Shown here piece after piece: positions 1 to 12,700 of a stretch of DNA of 64,000 nucleotides (the first letter of the stretch is position 1; every line of letters starts with the position of its first letter). Made by a program: the position numbers and the translations under genes. Source of the stretch: Ascidiella aspersa (taxonomy: Eukaryota); the NCBI GenBank assembly GCA_963924565.1, contig OZ004608.1:1736001-1800000 (forward strand), given 5' to 3'. Under the pieces are notes generated by a model. The model ran no database searches. It was not told the DNA's origin and saw nothing but the letters and a program-made list of their open reading frames with translations.

Positions 1-904
1 CTCGCGAACCATGATCGAGTGTTTTTTTTAGAAGTGGCGAAAGTTGGGTTTGATCAGTTACTTATTCAGTCAAACAACGCACAGTTTTTGCGAAACGTGC
101 TTTGCTCGCTCTGGCCTAATACCTGTAAAGAAAATCTATTTAAACAGCTTTAACATAAAAATGATATCGACTATGGGATTAAGTGTTTTCTCCAACCGCT
201 CCTATTTCTTCGATTTACTACGTATTTTGTTAATTATACTTATTATTACTTTTATAACTAGGAAAACTAAACATTAATTCAGATATTTCTCATTCATCAC
301 ACATTTGTTACAAATGGCTTTGTCCTGTTGCTAACACAATACTTTTGCTGTTTACCAGGTCAAATAAATGCTGTGATTAATTGCATTTGTAACAAATGTG
401 ACAACAGTGGAAAGTAAACCGGTGGAAAGGTACAAAAGTGCTTCCCAACCTGGGGGTTGCCGTGTTCTGTTTGTCAAAAGCAACATTTACGAGAAACAAA
501 ACAACGCAAAAGTTGGCAAAGTAGGAAGTAAAAGAATGCGCCGGTCTAACGATAATGCTAACGGTATTTTTTTTAGCGAACAAGTGTTTTTAGTCGTCTT
601 TACTCTTGATTTCAACAACAACAAAAAGTTTGGGAACCACTGTTCTATAGTATTCCGAACAGAGACATCAAATGAAGTGCCGGAATTTCTTAATAGGAAG
701 TTCATTTGACATATAGTAACCTATAGGGAAAAAAAACGTTTTAAATTACGAAATACTTGAGTTTTTTTACATACGGTTTATTTCTACATTCAAAAAATTC
801 TTGTGCTTAATCACTTGTTGTGCAATGCTAAACAGCGGAAGATTACTTTGTTTGGAACACAAAAATGAAACATGTCACAAATAAGCAATTTTTAAATAAA
901 GTAA

Positions 905-1043
905 ATCTGGAAACCAGGTAACACTGTTTAACGACAAATAAAACTTTTCAGACTTTCGCTTGTAAAACATTTATAAATCAGAAATGGGTTCATTGGGTCA
1001 AAGTAGATTTCTGTCGTAAAACAGTGCCCCCTGGTTTCCAGAT
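905..1043. mobile_element. Short MITE-like element with about 32-bp imperfect TIRs
   Basis: ATCTGGAAACCAGG..CACTGTTT.ACGACA versus its reverse complement TGTCGTAAAACAGTG...CCTGGTTTCCAGAT, with TA just outside both ends. Confidence 0.65.
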
Positions 1044-1862
1044 GTAGAACTACACAAGTACGGAAAAATAAATAAAATAAGTAGGTGTGGGCACTTGAAG
1101 GTTGCGTGCGTATAACTGGTTAGCCAACCACAATGCTTCTAGTGATAAATAATTGTATTATCTGATAAGCGAAACACCCAGTTCAAACTATAGTAGGCGG
1201 ACAAGTTTTTAGCAGATGCTACTTGCAAATAGGTTGCGAACAGCAAGTCGTTAAAAGAAGAAGTCTGTTTACAAGCGGATAGCGGCGGATAGCTACAGAC
1301 AATCCAACTGCTGACCGCAGAAACAGGCCATTTAGCATTTAACACTTTGGTGCGAGCAGCGTTGCTTCGCATCGACAATTATCTCTGACATAAGCAAATA
1401 CATCATAAAAGTTACTGTAAACACAATAGCTCTTAGTCGGTAAATTCATGCACTCTACATAGGCCTATTGCGTCATGTTTTTTGTATATTTAGTCTATAG
1501 CCAATAATAATCTGTTAAGACAACAAATTTAAAAATTGCACAATTAACCGTAACCTATACCTTGTTCCTGGTATATTACCAGTGTAGGGTTTATCATTTC
1601 ATAATTCCTGACAGCTAAGCTAACCTTAAAATTTAATCTAGACTAGACGATGAAAAAAAACTGGGAACAGACTCTGGTGCCCAAGTGTCAGACATGTTCT
1701 ATTACACGTGATGGTTAACGGTTGAATCCAATCCAGCTCTGAAACTACGTAGAACCTAAAGTTATCTGATAATAATGTGTGTTACTTAAACCCTGTTGCA
1801 GATTTCTCAATATTAATTTATATCTAGTTCGATTTGGGCCAAAAAGCATTTTTTTTTTTTTT

Positions 1863-2058
1863 CCTACCACAGCATTGAAGCAATTATGAAAGCAACTCAC
1901 ATTGTTTGGGTAAGAGTGTGGGTTAGTTTTTGAGTGAGAGTTGGTCAGGTATTCTTATATAATGTTTAATAATAATACTTGATCTTCCAAACTCAAATGC
2001 TAACGCATACCCTAATAAAAATAATTCTTGCGTTGTATTAGGATTCCAGACCAGCGCC
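1863..2058. mobile_element. Decayed copy of the Merlin-like MITE family
   Basis: CCTACCACAGCATTGAAGCAATTAT... to ...AGGATTCCAGACCAGCGCC aligns with 35825-36022. Confidence 0.75.
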
Positions 2059-2560
2059 CATCTTTCTACTTTCTGACTTTCCAGAGATATATTTTTCTAA
2101 ATTTGGTAAACGCTATTCAAAGTTACACTACGACCTTAGCATTTTATAAAATCTAATTAAAACTTCTTTAAAACAAAATTCAATCAATTTTAAATACTAG
2201 TTGGATACCGTAAGTTCATAACATCTTACTTTTTCTACAGCAGTTAATAGTTTTGTCCTTGTAAGCGCTAAGTCCTACATTCACAAATTTAACTGTCTGT
2301 GTACACAGTCAATACGAAGGACCTCTCAAAAGCCGTCAATCTATTTGATTTCTAATCCACTTGGAAACACGTTGTCATGGAGATGACTAGCCAGGCGTAA
2401 CGAATAAACCCAGTGTTCCGAGACAATCAGTCAAGCATGTTATTGTGGGAGATTCCCTGATGTGAAACTACACAATGAGTGTAAATTGTTTAACATTTTT
2501 GTCATGCAACTGATTTAAAAGCAGTACGTGTATGTTAGATTTAATTTGTTAAGTAGTAAA

Positions 2561-5294
2561 ATGTTGAACCCACTTGGAAGATTGTTGTTCAGACGCGTTT
2601 TCAACTTAAAAAGCCATACGTGAGTTTTAGCGTAACTTGAAAACTAACACAGAAAACTTGGCATAGTTTTTAAATTGCAAACACCATGAATAATATGGAA
2701 AGTTTTGTTTTTATATTTAAATTTTATTTGCCAATGGATGTATGTGTACAAGATCGAGCTGGGAATATAGCCCATAAGTACTTTCCCATCTTACAATGTA
2801 ATTTAAATGGATTAGGTAATAAAATATGAAAATAATAAAATATTGGGGCGCTCTTTCACTATTGTACGTGAAAAATTATGCAAAAAAAATAAAATAATAA
2901 TACCGCATACCACAACGCATATTGTTTGGGTTAGGGTGCGGGTTAGCGTTTTGGTGAGGGTGGGTCAAGCAATATTATTTTTATTATTAATAATAACTTG
3001 ACCCACCCTCAACCAAACGCTAACCCAAACAATATGTGTTGTGGTATGCGGCATTTGAAGAAAGTTTTTTTTTTTATTAATTTTTACGTAGAATAGTGAA
3101 AGAGTGCCAATATTGGTTATTATCAAACCTTGAAAACAATGTACAGTCACTAATAAATGTATGCAAAGCATACCCAGACGAGCCATGAAAATATCTAATT
3201 AAATGCAAGATACTTAACATCAAATTGGTAATATAGTTTTATTACTCTTCCTAATATATATAAACCTAATCCTTTTTAGAAAATGTTTTTAATTGTTGAA
3301 ACTAAAGTTTATAGTTTTAAAGGGGGGGAGTTGTCCTAGCAAATCATAGCATTATTGTGTTCGCCATACTGTTAAGTGTTATTTAAAACCTGTTGGATGT
3401 TTACTTTTATGTCTTTAAAAACCTTTATAATTACTTGAAAAAAGTGATGTGCGCCAACCATGAAAAACTTGTGTAAAACAAATATGTTTTTTGCTGCAGA
3501 CGATGCTATGGTTCTCTTGACTTCAAAGAGTTGGAGGAAGTTTCGGACAAAACAAAAGTCATAATGTCGACAAAAGCAGACAACGTGGACCCTCTATTCC
3601 TGACCGGTTACGTGGTCGGAGGGTTTAATTTCAAGCACACGACTGTTTGGGGTCCGGTTGCGATAGTTGAAGGAGCTGCATTTGGATGGAGCGTAAGTCG
3701 TAAAATATTTTATTGCTTATCTTAAAAACCTCATCTAAGTGATACATGTTTGGTGCAATACTACACCGAAAGCCATCACCGACTAACCAAGTCTGTCAAT
3801 CAATGATGCAAGTAAGGCAGGATGGAAAAATAACTAGCCTGTGGTGAGGTTCGAACTCATGACCTCAGTTAAACCGGGACCGGTTCTAGCCTTTATGAGT
3901 CTGCAAAATATATGTTGCATGTTGCTACAGATTGCATTTCATTGCTACCAAACATTTTTTGCGTGAAGGCTTTGCCCAAAACAACGCCAGTGATGTCATT
4001 TGTCGTGAAATTCCAACTGCCAAGTAAATGTACAATAAAAAATTGTCCTTTCTGGTGTATAAATTGTCCTATTTTGGCGTATGTGTTTGGCCAAAAAAAC
4101 TTAGTGCATGTCTTTAGCGGCACGTTGTGAAATACAGTCGGGCCTCAGCTAAATGATTTTTTGAAACATTTGGTTTGGGTGTATTGTTATATAAACCAGG
4201 TGAAAGCCACTTTCACTGAAATTCTCGGTGATTTGATAATTATGCTGTGAGGTATTTTATTTTAAAATATTTTGCGTGAAGAGCTAATGATAGCTCTAGC
4301 TCACTTGTCTTTTACTTGCAGGTTAAAGATCCGTCAGAAATCACCATTGAAAGTTTGTCCTTGTTTACAATGATTTATCCAAAACTAGGTAAGAAGTTGA
4401 ATCGTTTATTGGCTACAGCAAGGTCTATATGTTTAGACACACATATTGCGTTACTTATGTTATGATACAGAATAAACCACTAAGTCAGTTTTGTTGGACC
4501 CTTTAAAACTTTCAGTCCACTGCTAACTAATAAATCAGTTTTATTTTACTTTTTTATTTAACTAATAATATGGTACACAAAATCACTGTTAATGTATTTG
4601 GCCCATGGATGGTAGATCAAATTGTGGGCTAATTCAAAAAAGGTTTACACTTTATGGGTTGTATTATGTACCAAGAACCAACTGCTAAATGGAAATGAAA
4701 TCCTTTTTGTATTCACAAAATATGAATACAAAAGGAACTGTAGTTTGCATACTTTAATTCAAATTTGTGAATGTATTTAATCAAGTTGCGGTTGTAATTT
4801 TTTTGTAAATGGAACTGTGTTGTTGTTTTCACAGTTCAATGCCATAAATTATTACATAAAACGCTGGACAGGTTAGTTTTACAATTAACATGTTGAACCA
4901 ATTAAGTGTTAGGGTTAGGAATATAATAATCAAGTCTAAATGTTGTGGTGAAACCAGGTTAGGTTTTATTTAGTATAATTGTTTGTGTTATTTTATTGTG
5001 CTACACATATTTGAACACCATGGTAAACTTGAATACTTGATTTCAGACATGATTGTAATTGGAACTGGTGACAAGTATGTTTCCCTTGACCCAGCTGTTC
5101 ACAAAGAAATAAGGTCGCGTGGACTCGCCATTGAAGTGCAAAAGACGGCTCACGCTTGCGGAATCGTGAACTTGTTAAGAGAGAAAAGCGACCAAAAAAT
5201 TGGTGCTGCTATGATTCCTATCTCGCAAAATGTTTACAGTGATAAAGAAATTCAAGGCATTAAACCTGCAATCAGGCCACCTTCAAATTGGTGA
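2561..5294 (+). CDS. NDUFAF3: NADH dehydrogenase (ubiquinone) complex I assembly factor 3 (Mth938/DUF498 domain); exons 2561-2619, 3500-3692, 4322-4388, 5047-5294
   Basis: GT-AG junctions with consistent phases (2,0,1). Translation MLNPLGRLLFRRVFNLKSHTRCYG (Arg-rich mitochondrial-type presequence) ... GFNFKHTTVWGPVAIVEGAAFGWSVKDPSEITIESLSLFTMIYPKLDMIVIGTGD ... IRSRGLAIEVQKTAHACGIVNLL ... IGAAMIP follows the NDUFAF3 pattern (GP..., W.V....IT.ESLSLF, IGTG, G.A.EVQ.T..AC...N.L, AA.IP). Confidence 0.92.
2901..3053. mobile_element. Palindromic element related to the Merlin-like MITE (NDUFAF3 intron 1)
   Basis: Fold-back arms TACCGCATACCACAAC.CATATTGTTTGGGTTAG / CTAACCCAAACAATATGTGTTGTGGTATGCGGCA, with the same GGGTTAG-rich interior. 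Confidence 0.75.
3800..3891 (-). mobile_element. tRNA-derived SINE head (degenerate)
   Basis: - strand ...GAGGTCATGAGTTCGAACCTCACCACAGGCTAG contains a B box and T-arm-like sequence; homologous to 8630-8719. Confidence 0.55.
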
Positions 5295-6777
5295 ACTGAA
5301 CAGGATTTGTTCTGTTTTCTTTCTATAAAACTTGGTTAAATATATGCGATACTTAGGACAGTAAGCAGATTTAAATTTCAAATTTTAGTGTTAAAATCCC
5401 AAATAACTCATGTAGCTTATTGTGTTTGGCTGTAACAACACAAAAATAATGACTTGTAAGATGTCAAGCTTGGACCACCGTGGTTAAAGAGTGAAATTAT
5501 ATACTTTGATAAACACTGGACAAATGCTTTCGAAATCGCTACATATTTTCTTGTAATAATAAACTACCTTATTTTTTGTCAAATGTTTCATTTTACTTTT
5601 TGTTTTAATAAACTTTGTTGGTTGAACAAATGTGTCAGTAGAAGTAATGTTTTAATCAACCTAAGGCAGAGCATAGCAAAGAAACTGTTTAGTAACTAAT
5701 GTTTGCCAAAAGTTCAGTATTTTAAAGCTATTAATTCCAATTTATAAATCCTCATTAGAAATCTGCTTAGTATTAAAGTTTAGCAGTTTGTTTTTTCTAT
5801 ACTAAATTAGAATTTAAAATACTGAATTATTTAAATAGAGAATATAAACCAAACTTGAATTTGAATTACATTTAATTATTTTCGAATCAATTTAGTTTAA
5901 ATCGCAATTTATTCACAATAATGTTGATCACAAAAGTTCCTGTGGAAGTATAATCATTTGACAGTAAGCTAATGTTCGACCAAAGTTATACTTTTATAAA
6001 TTTTTAATTCTTACACATTTAAACACAGTTTGTTGTGTCGTTGGACTTATGGTTTCACAAAATTAAAAACAAAATCACAGAAAAACTTTAGCGCAATATA
6101 GTTTATTTATTTGTAGCACAGGCAAGGCACACACCAACGCTGGTGAGTGAAAAAAGCTGTTCTCGCATAATGTAAATTGTGTACAAGAAAAAACGGCTGT
6201 TAAAAAGCTTTGTGACAAACCTTATTTCAAGCAGGGGTGTCCGATATGTAGTCATTTATTCTGATACCGATAACTCAAACAAAAATTATCGCGATCTGAT
6301 CCAACTAATGCAATTGTTATGTTCAAACTTGTAAAATATTTAACATTATAATGACAAAAGCTATTTTTGTCCAGTTTATTAGGCGACGGTTTGTTTGCGT
6401 TAGGAAATTGAATTACCTTAAATTTGTACGTTCTTTTATTTAATATTTTAGTTTTAAGGGAAAAAACACTGTATAGATTCCATACAGGACTGAATTTTTT
6501 ATTATCCGACATTCCTACTTTGCACATGGCTTGAATAGTTAACGCAAAGTAATTAACAAGTGAAATATAAACAATGGTGCTCTGATAGGAAAATAAGATT
6601 CTGTACACAAGACATATTTCATTTTTTAGTTTCCTTGTAAGACACAAAATGTCATCGCAACTTATCAAGTCACAGTGGCGAAATAAGGCGTGGCATACTA
6701 ATTAAAAAACAAACATAAAGTACTATATAATTTAATAAACTGCACTTTGTTGATTTTAAACTATAATAAATAGAACT

Positions 6778-9700
6778 TTATTTTGTGTCATCTTCATCTA
6801 ATGCCATAAGAATGGCGCAACGGCTTGGCAAGTAAACCTGAAAGAACAAAGATGTGTTAACATATGTTTTAACATTACAACAGGTATGTCGGTTATGATA
6901 GGGTTTTGCAAGCCAAGTATTATTATCTAGCCCAGTGGTTCTGAGCCTGTGGTACGCGTACCACTAGTGGCACGACAAGTTGTTTTCGTGGTACGCTGTA
7001 CGCAGTATGTTTGTAAGTAAAATTACAGTTTTACCAAAAGGTTAAGCATTTTTTTTTTATTGTAATAAACTATACATTCATTATAATGATTGTATATTTT
7101 ATGCTTCTTTAACGTCAGGAACTATTATCTTTCCGGAACATCTATGCAAATTTGTTTTATGACATCATAGCAAAACAACAAAGAATCACAAAACTTGACC
7201 AGTATCTTGCAAGTTAAAAAAGGGAAACTTTTTTGAGAGTAGTGGGCCGCATTTGTTTTTTCCGGCCTAACTATAATTAGCTAATCCACCCCTGTTAATA
7301 ATCCTATATACATTTTGAGTAAAGTTGAGTTTTTCGACAATTTGTTGGTACGCAACAAGATCATAGAAGCCCGAGGTGATACGCAATGAAAAAAAGGTTG
7401 AGAACCACTGATCAAGCCTTATTAATTGTTCGAACATTGATTTAGATTTGTGTACACGTTTGCTGCAATCTACAAACGTGTACTCGGTAATCACTTTGTC
7501 AAAACACAGCTTTCAAGGCTTTTAAAGGTTTGGATTTTGACAGCATTTAGAAATTAAGAAGCTATAACTTTTTATATCAGTATATTAAACAATGTTTAAA
7601 AATATGTTGAGAAAACCTGTAACGTGAAAAAACATCTAATATAAAACACTGTATGTTACTATATGAAAGTACTCAGCAGACATTTTCAGTCTGATTAAAC
7701 AAGTAATGGAAAACCGTAAACTTACCATTAGCGAGTTTTGTCTTCCATCAAAAGACATATTTTCTGTAAAAAATCGAACGGAGCGATCATTTCTGTCGTG
7801 TCCACCAAAATAAGACTCATCGGTGTCAAGAACTATTTTGTATCTAAGTTTCAACTTTGGTCAAAGAAAAAAGTGGTAAACTATGCTACTCAGATATATT
7901 TAACGCTGGTGTATGTGCAGTAAACGTGTATTGCTTTCTTCACGAAATACACTTAGTAAGTTAAATTAAGCTGGAAATAAGGTTCATGGCCTACAGAACA
8001 ATATTAATATTATAGTGTTTAATTCAAATAAATGTTAGCATAGTGACAACAGAATGCTAGAAGCGCTTTTCACTATTTTCTTCAGGTAAAAATAATTGAA
8101 TGTTTAACATATCTTAACTTAAATGACACTTATTTAATCAAAAAAGTAATATATTTTATAAAATAAACTTTAAAAATTATCTTCAATTCTATCACCCAAG
8201 ATAAATATTTAAAAAAAATAATCGATTTTTTAAAAGGATACTTTCCGGGAGCATCGACGCCAACTCTGTAACCAGTGAAACTTTTATTGCAATGAAAGTT
8301 GAAGAGAAACAAAACGTTTCCTCGCTCAAACACCAACACTTTGTCACCATTGTGCTTCCGGCTCACGTAAGCCTGCAAAACAAAACATAAAAAAAGATTT
8401 TTAATATTATTATAGGATGCTTAAAAAAATGCCAAACGACAAATTTCATTGAAAAACCGTTATTAATATTAAGTAAAGTTTACTTGGTTCTCTCTAAAGT
8501 TTGATAGACTTTTGTTGTCCAGTTAAATTACCATTACTTCGCTGTTTTAACTACCAGTTAAATGGAATGTAAGCAACATAACAGCACTCAAGTTTTTTTT
8601 TTATATATATTGGGTGACAAGTTACAATGCCAGCAAGATTAGGCAAGACGCTTTTAGCCTTTGGTGAGGTTCTAAACCAGATCTCGGCCATACCAGGACA
8701 TTTGCTCTACCAACTGACCTTTTTTTGGTTTAGTTTGTAACGTCCAATGGTAGTCTATGTTCTAGACAGTAAGGACCAAAACTACATTTATCTTTCACCT
8801 GTTTATCGGCCAGCCAGCCATAATGCGCTTCAGTCTTCTGCATTGCCGAGTCGAACCGGTTGAGGAACTTGTATCTCAACAAGTCATCATCCACGAGGTT
8901 GAACTGCCTTCTTGCGTAGTGGTAACTTGAGTTGTTCCCAGCTCGAGGAAAATCAAGCCATTCTGGGTGACCAAACTCATTTCCTGAAAAACAAACATTT
9001 TTCATTGTTTTTTTGTTAATTGTATCTTTTTTATAAATTTCATTCGGTCAAGATGTTTAAAAAACCAACGTTTTTAAAAAAAATTGTATTTAACATTTTT
9101 CTCTCAAACGATTGTCTTTCCTAGGGGCCTAAACTTTTGCAATGCAGACCCCTAAAAAATGTTGGAGCAGGGTCGACATTAAAACAAGCAAATTACAAAA
9201 AAATCTATTGTTTTCGATCCAAATTAAAATGAAGTGTAAATACATCTAAAATTTAATCAAATTATATTCGATTGATTGCATTTTTCAATATGGCAGTGGT
9301 TTTCAACCTTTATTGTGTTGCGACCCCTTTCATAGTCTCTCAACACTTGGCTATCTTGCTCACGTTTGTTCAAATGCGTCATGAAACACTACAAGGGGAA
9401 GTCTCTAAAGTTATACTAAAAACCTCAAACCCCCCGAGGACTGCTCATCATATGTAGTGGGACTTCCACCAAACAAAAGCTGCATACCAAAACTTTAAAT
9501 AGAGCCAAACTTGCGGATAGGGATTTTAATCCAATGTCAGATATTTCAAACAAAAAGTACCGTGATTTGACCTGATACTAAACGACGTCTTGACTATGCT
9601 CTCACTGGCAAAAATATAGATGACATTCAAAACATTTTAAGGCCCTATTTTCAAGGTTAATACGCCAAAATCAGGTGTACACAAACATGCTGATCCCTGG

Positions 9701-12700
9701 TCTATGGACCTGGTAAGTGGCATTTTAACAAGAATCCAAATGAATAAGTTTATCTCACCGATGAAGTTGAGGTATCCCTCCCCTCCAAGTCCGTGTGTGA
9801 CAAGTCGGATCATTTTGTGGAGCGCGAGACCTCGGTCGATGATCGGAGACAGTGGTGTCGCTTCAGACATGTTCGTGTACATTTCCTTGTCCATCAACCA
9901 AAACGCTAAGGACTTGTCCCCAACCAGGGCCTAGGAATAAAGTAGATTGTACACTTTATACAGTTTTGTAATGATTTGGCATGTCATTTCAGTAAAATAA
10001 CTTGATGTAATGATTTAACGTAATGACTTGACTTAAGTGCACCTAAGTCACTGTTTTTAAACGATTTGAGTTAAGGATTTTAAACAAATAACTTGACTTA
10101 GACTCAAGTCATTGAGTCAGATAATTTGTGTTAAAATGAAATGTTTTTATTAAAGCATTTTTTGTTATTATAAAACTTGAATATTCATTTTGTTTGTTTT
10201 TTGTTTAACACAATTGTTTTTTTAGTTGAATCGAACAATTTATTCCAACAATTGTAGCTTGATAGTTTACAGTTAATAATTTTAAGACTAGACTTGGAGG
10301 TGACTTGCTCTAAAAATGACTTGACTTTGGCAACCTGGACCTGGAATTGACTTGTAATGAAAGCCCTATTTTAAATATGAGGAGGATTTCACTTTTTAGT
10401 AGAAAAATTACATGATTTGTAAATTTACAGCATTATAATTTTTTATTGGTATAGAAAGTTAAAAAAAAACAAATTATGTGATAAAGCAAATTATCATTTT
10501 AGCGACTATTTTTTAAAATTGGAACAAAGTTTATAATTTGTCATTTAACACAGAATAAAAAGGGCGTAGTGAAAACTTACTATGGTCTGCCGTGTCAGTT
10601 AATAAAATAATCCTAACTTTAGGTAATCAAGAAATTATATTCCTTGAAAACCGTTAGGTCATCATTATGCCATGCGCTGTGCATGAGGCAAGCGTACAAC
10701 AGACATGCCCCATTCACAAAAGTTGATTATGTTTTATGTCTAGAGTCTAATGTCTGGACACACATGTTTAACATGATTTATCTGTGTTTTCTGTTGATGA
10801 ATTACAAACTTTAGGTAGAGCAGTCTAGCAATTTTTGAAATTTATTTTAGCTGCTAAAACTTCAATTCTTTGATTTAGTTAAACACCTACATAAAGAGAT
10901 TCTAGGTCTAACTGCAACCTCCAGCAATGAACTTAAGATTTAATAGAAATGTTAAGTTTCAAACTATTTAAGCACTCAAACAACATAAGGTTTTTAAAAT
11001 AATTTTAAAATGTAAATCATTCAAGACATTTAAGACTTTTAAAGTGCTTTGTAGCAAGCCTGGTTTACCTGGTCGTGGCTCTCAGCGTAGGCGATGCACT
11101 TTTCGCCGTACCTCCGATTTACCAAGGTGTGCCAAATGTTGCCCATGTCCCAATCCTCGTCGCGAACTTCCTTAAGTATCTAAGCATAGGATTGATGTAA
11201 AGCAAGGTCCTTGAACTTTTTAAAAAAACATCCTTAAAAATGGCCATTGCAAGAAGTTTCCACTATACAGGGTTGGCCAAAAGTAGGCTTACAATTATTT
11301 GGCTTGGAAGAAGAGGTAGCATTGAATAGACACCACACGCTCACCTGACCTGACACCAATGGATTTCTTTTTTTGGGGTGTTGTAAAGAACAAGGTGTAT
11401 GAGAAGAACCCCACAACAATAAATTTACTTTTAGACCCAAACCCTACCTTTTATAACTGTAAGCCTACTTTTGGCCCACTCTGTACACTTACCTTATATA
11501 AACTGTCACCAGGCATGGTAATTCAAATAAAAAAGCAACCTATGCAAGTTGCATTTTCGGCAACCTATGCAAGTTGCATTCTTCAGGGTGAATGACACCA
11601 AACGCTCAGACAATACATGTGAAAAATACATAGGAAAAAAAAGCATAGGTTCCCGAAACGTTGGTAAAGAATTGCTATTACCAGAGAAGCTTTTTTTATT
11701 ATTTATATCTATTTACCTTAATCCAGGTATCAGGTATGGCCATTGCGAGTCTGTAGTCGAACCCAATGCCACCTTCGTCGACTGGACGGCACATTCCTGG
11801 CATACCAGACACATCCTTGAAACACAAATTAAAATATTTTTAAATGCCTCCCTGTATTTTATCTGTGAATAATTTTTATTTGTTTTTATTACCATGTAAT
11901 GCAGAGAGGCAGTTAATTAAAAGCAATTTACTAAAGATAAGTTAGAATTTCTACTTCATTACTGAAAGAGATTTTGCTAAACAAAAAAATTAATACTTTC
12001 TACTTATGACTAGTACCTTTCAATTTACTGATGACATAACTGTAAAAAATAAATAAATTCACAAGCTACTTTATAGTTTATAACTTATGTGGTTTACATT
12101 ATTAGGATAGTTTTGGTACAAATATAAGTTAACATCACCCTTCCAAGACACATATTACTTAATACCTCTGCAACTGTTATAATTGATGGGTAGATTTTGT
12201 GCAGCATTTCGTTGGCCAGCATAAGGTAGACCAACGATTCCAGATCGATGTGCATTCCAAAGTACTCGTGGTAGCCACCAGAAAATCCACGAGCTGAAAA
12301 AGCAAATTATTTTTTTTTTCTGAACGGGTTTTTATTTATTAACGGGTATGTTTTTGTAAAACAGAATTAAAGTTGTATTGCATCTTATTTTGTTGTAAAA
12401 CTTAATCATACAGTGTTAATCATATATAATAAATAATATAGATGTATATGTTTTCGAAGGACAAAAACAGTAAATTTCTCTCCAAAGGTCTCCCTAAATA
12501 TACTTCAGGAACTATAGCAATAGTGGTTACCAAAAGCAAAAATAAACAACTATGTATATTTATATTTGAAAAGTGCTACATTCTTTAAATCAAGTTATCA
12601 TATTTTTGTTACTGGTCAATTTACCCATTCCATGGTCGTGATAAATCATGGACGTAACACCATCAAATCTGAAGCCATCGAAGCCGTATTCATCGATATA

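Noticed and set aside
300-400. 17-bp inverted repeat CACATTTGTTACAAATG / CATTTGTAACAAATGTG
   Set aside because: Real but short and itself near-palindromic; no TSD or second copy was found, so no function can be supported.
44-1378. Short ORFs at the window start (44-277, 398-709, 487-705, 1139-1378)
   Set aside because: No recognisable domain, mostly non-ATG starts and no consistent splice-site chain; consistent with random ORFs in AT-rich DNA.
3838-3891. Possible tRNA gene (GTTCGAAC B box)
   Set aside because: No complete cloverleaf or acceptor stem; homology to 8630-8719 extends beyond the tRNA-like part, so it is treated as a SINE head.
6252-6668. 138-aa ORF on the - strand downstream of GBE1
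   Set aside because: It lies in the GBE1 3' UTR or flank, has a non-ATG start and AT-biased composition, and shows no recognisable domain.
8562-8582. TGGAATGTAAG resembling the miR-1/206 5' end
   Set aside because: The match is limited to about 11 nt and there is no complementary precursor arm.
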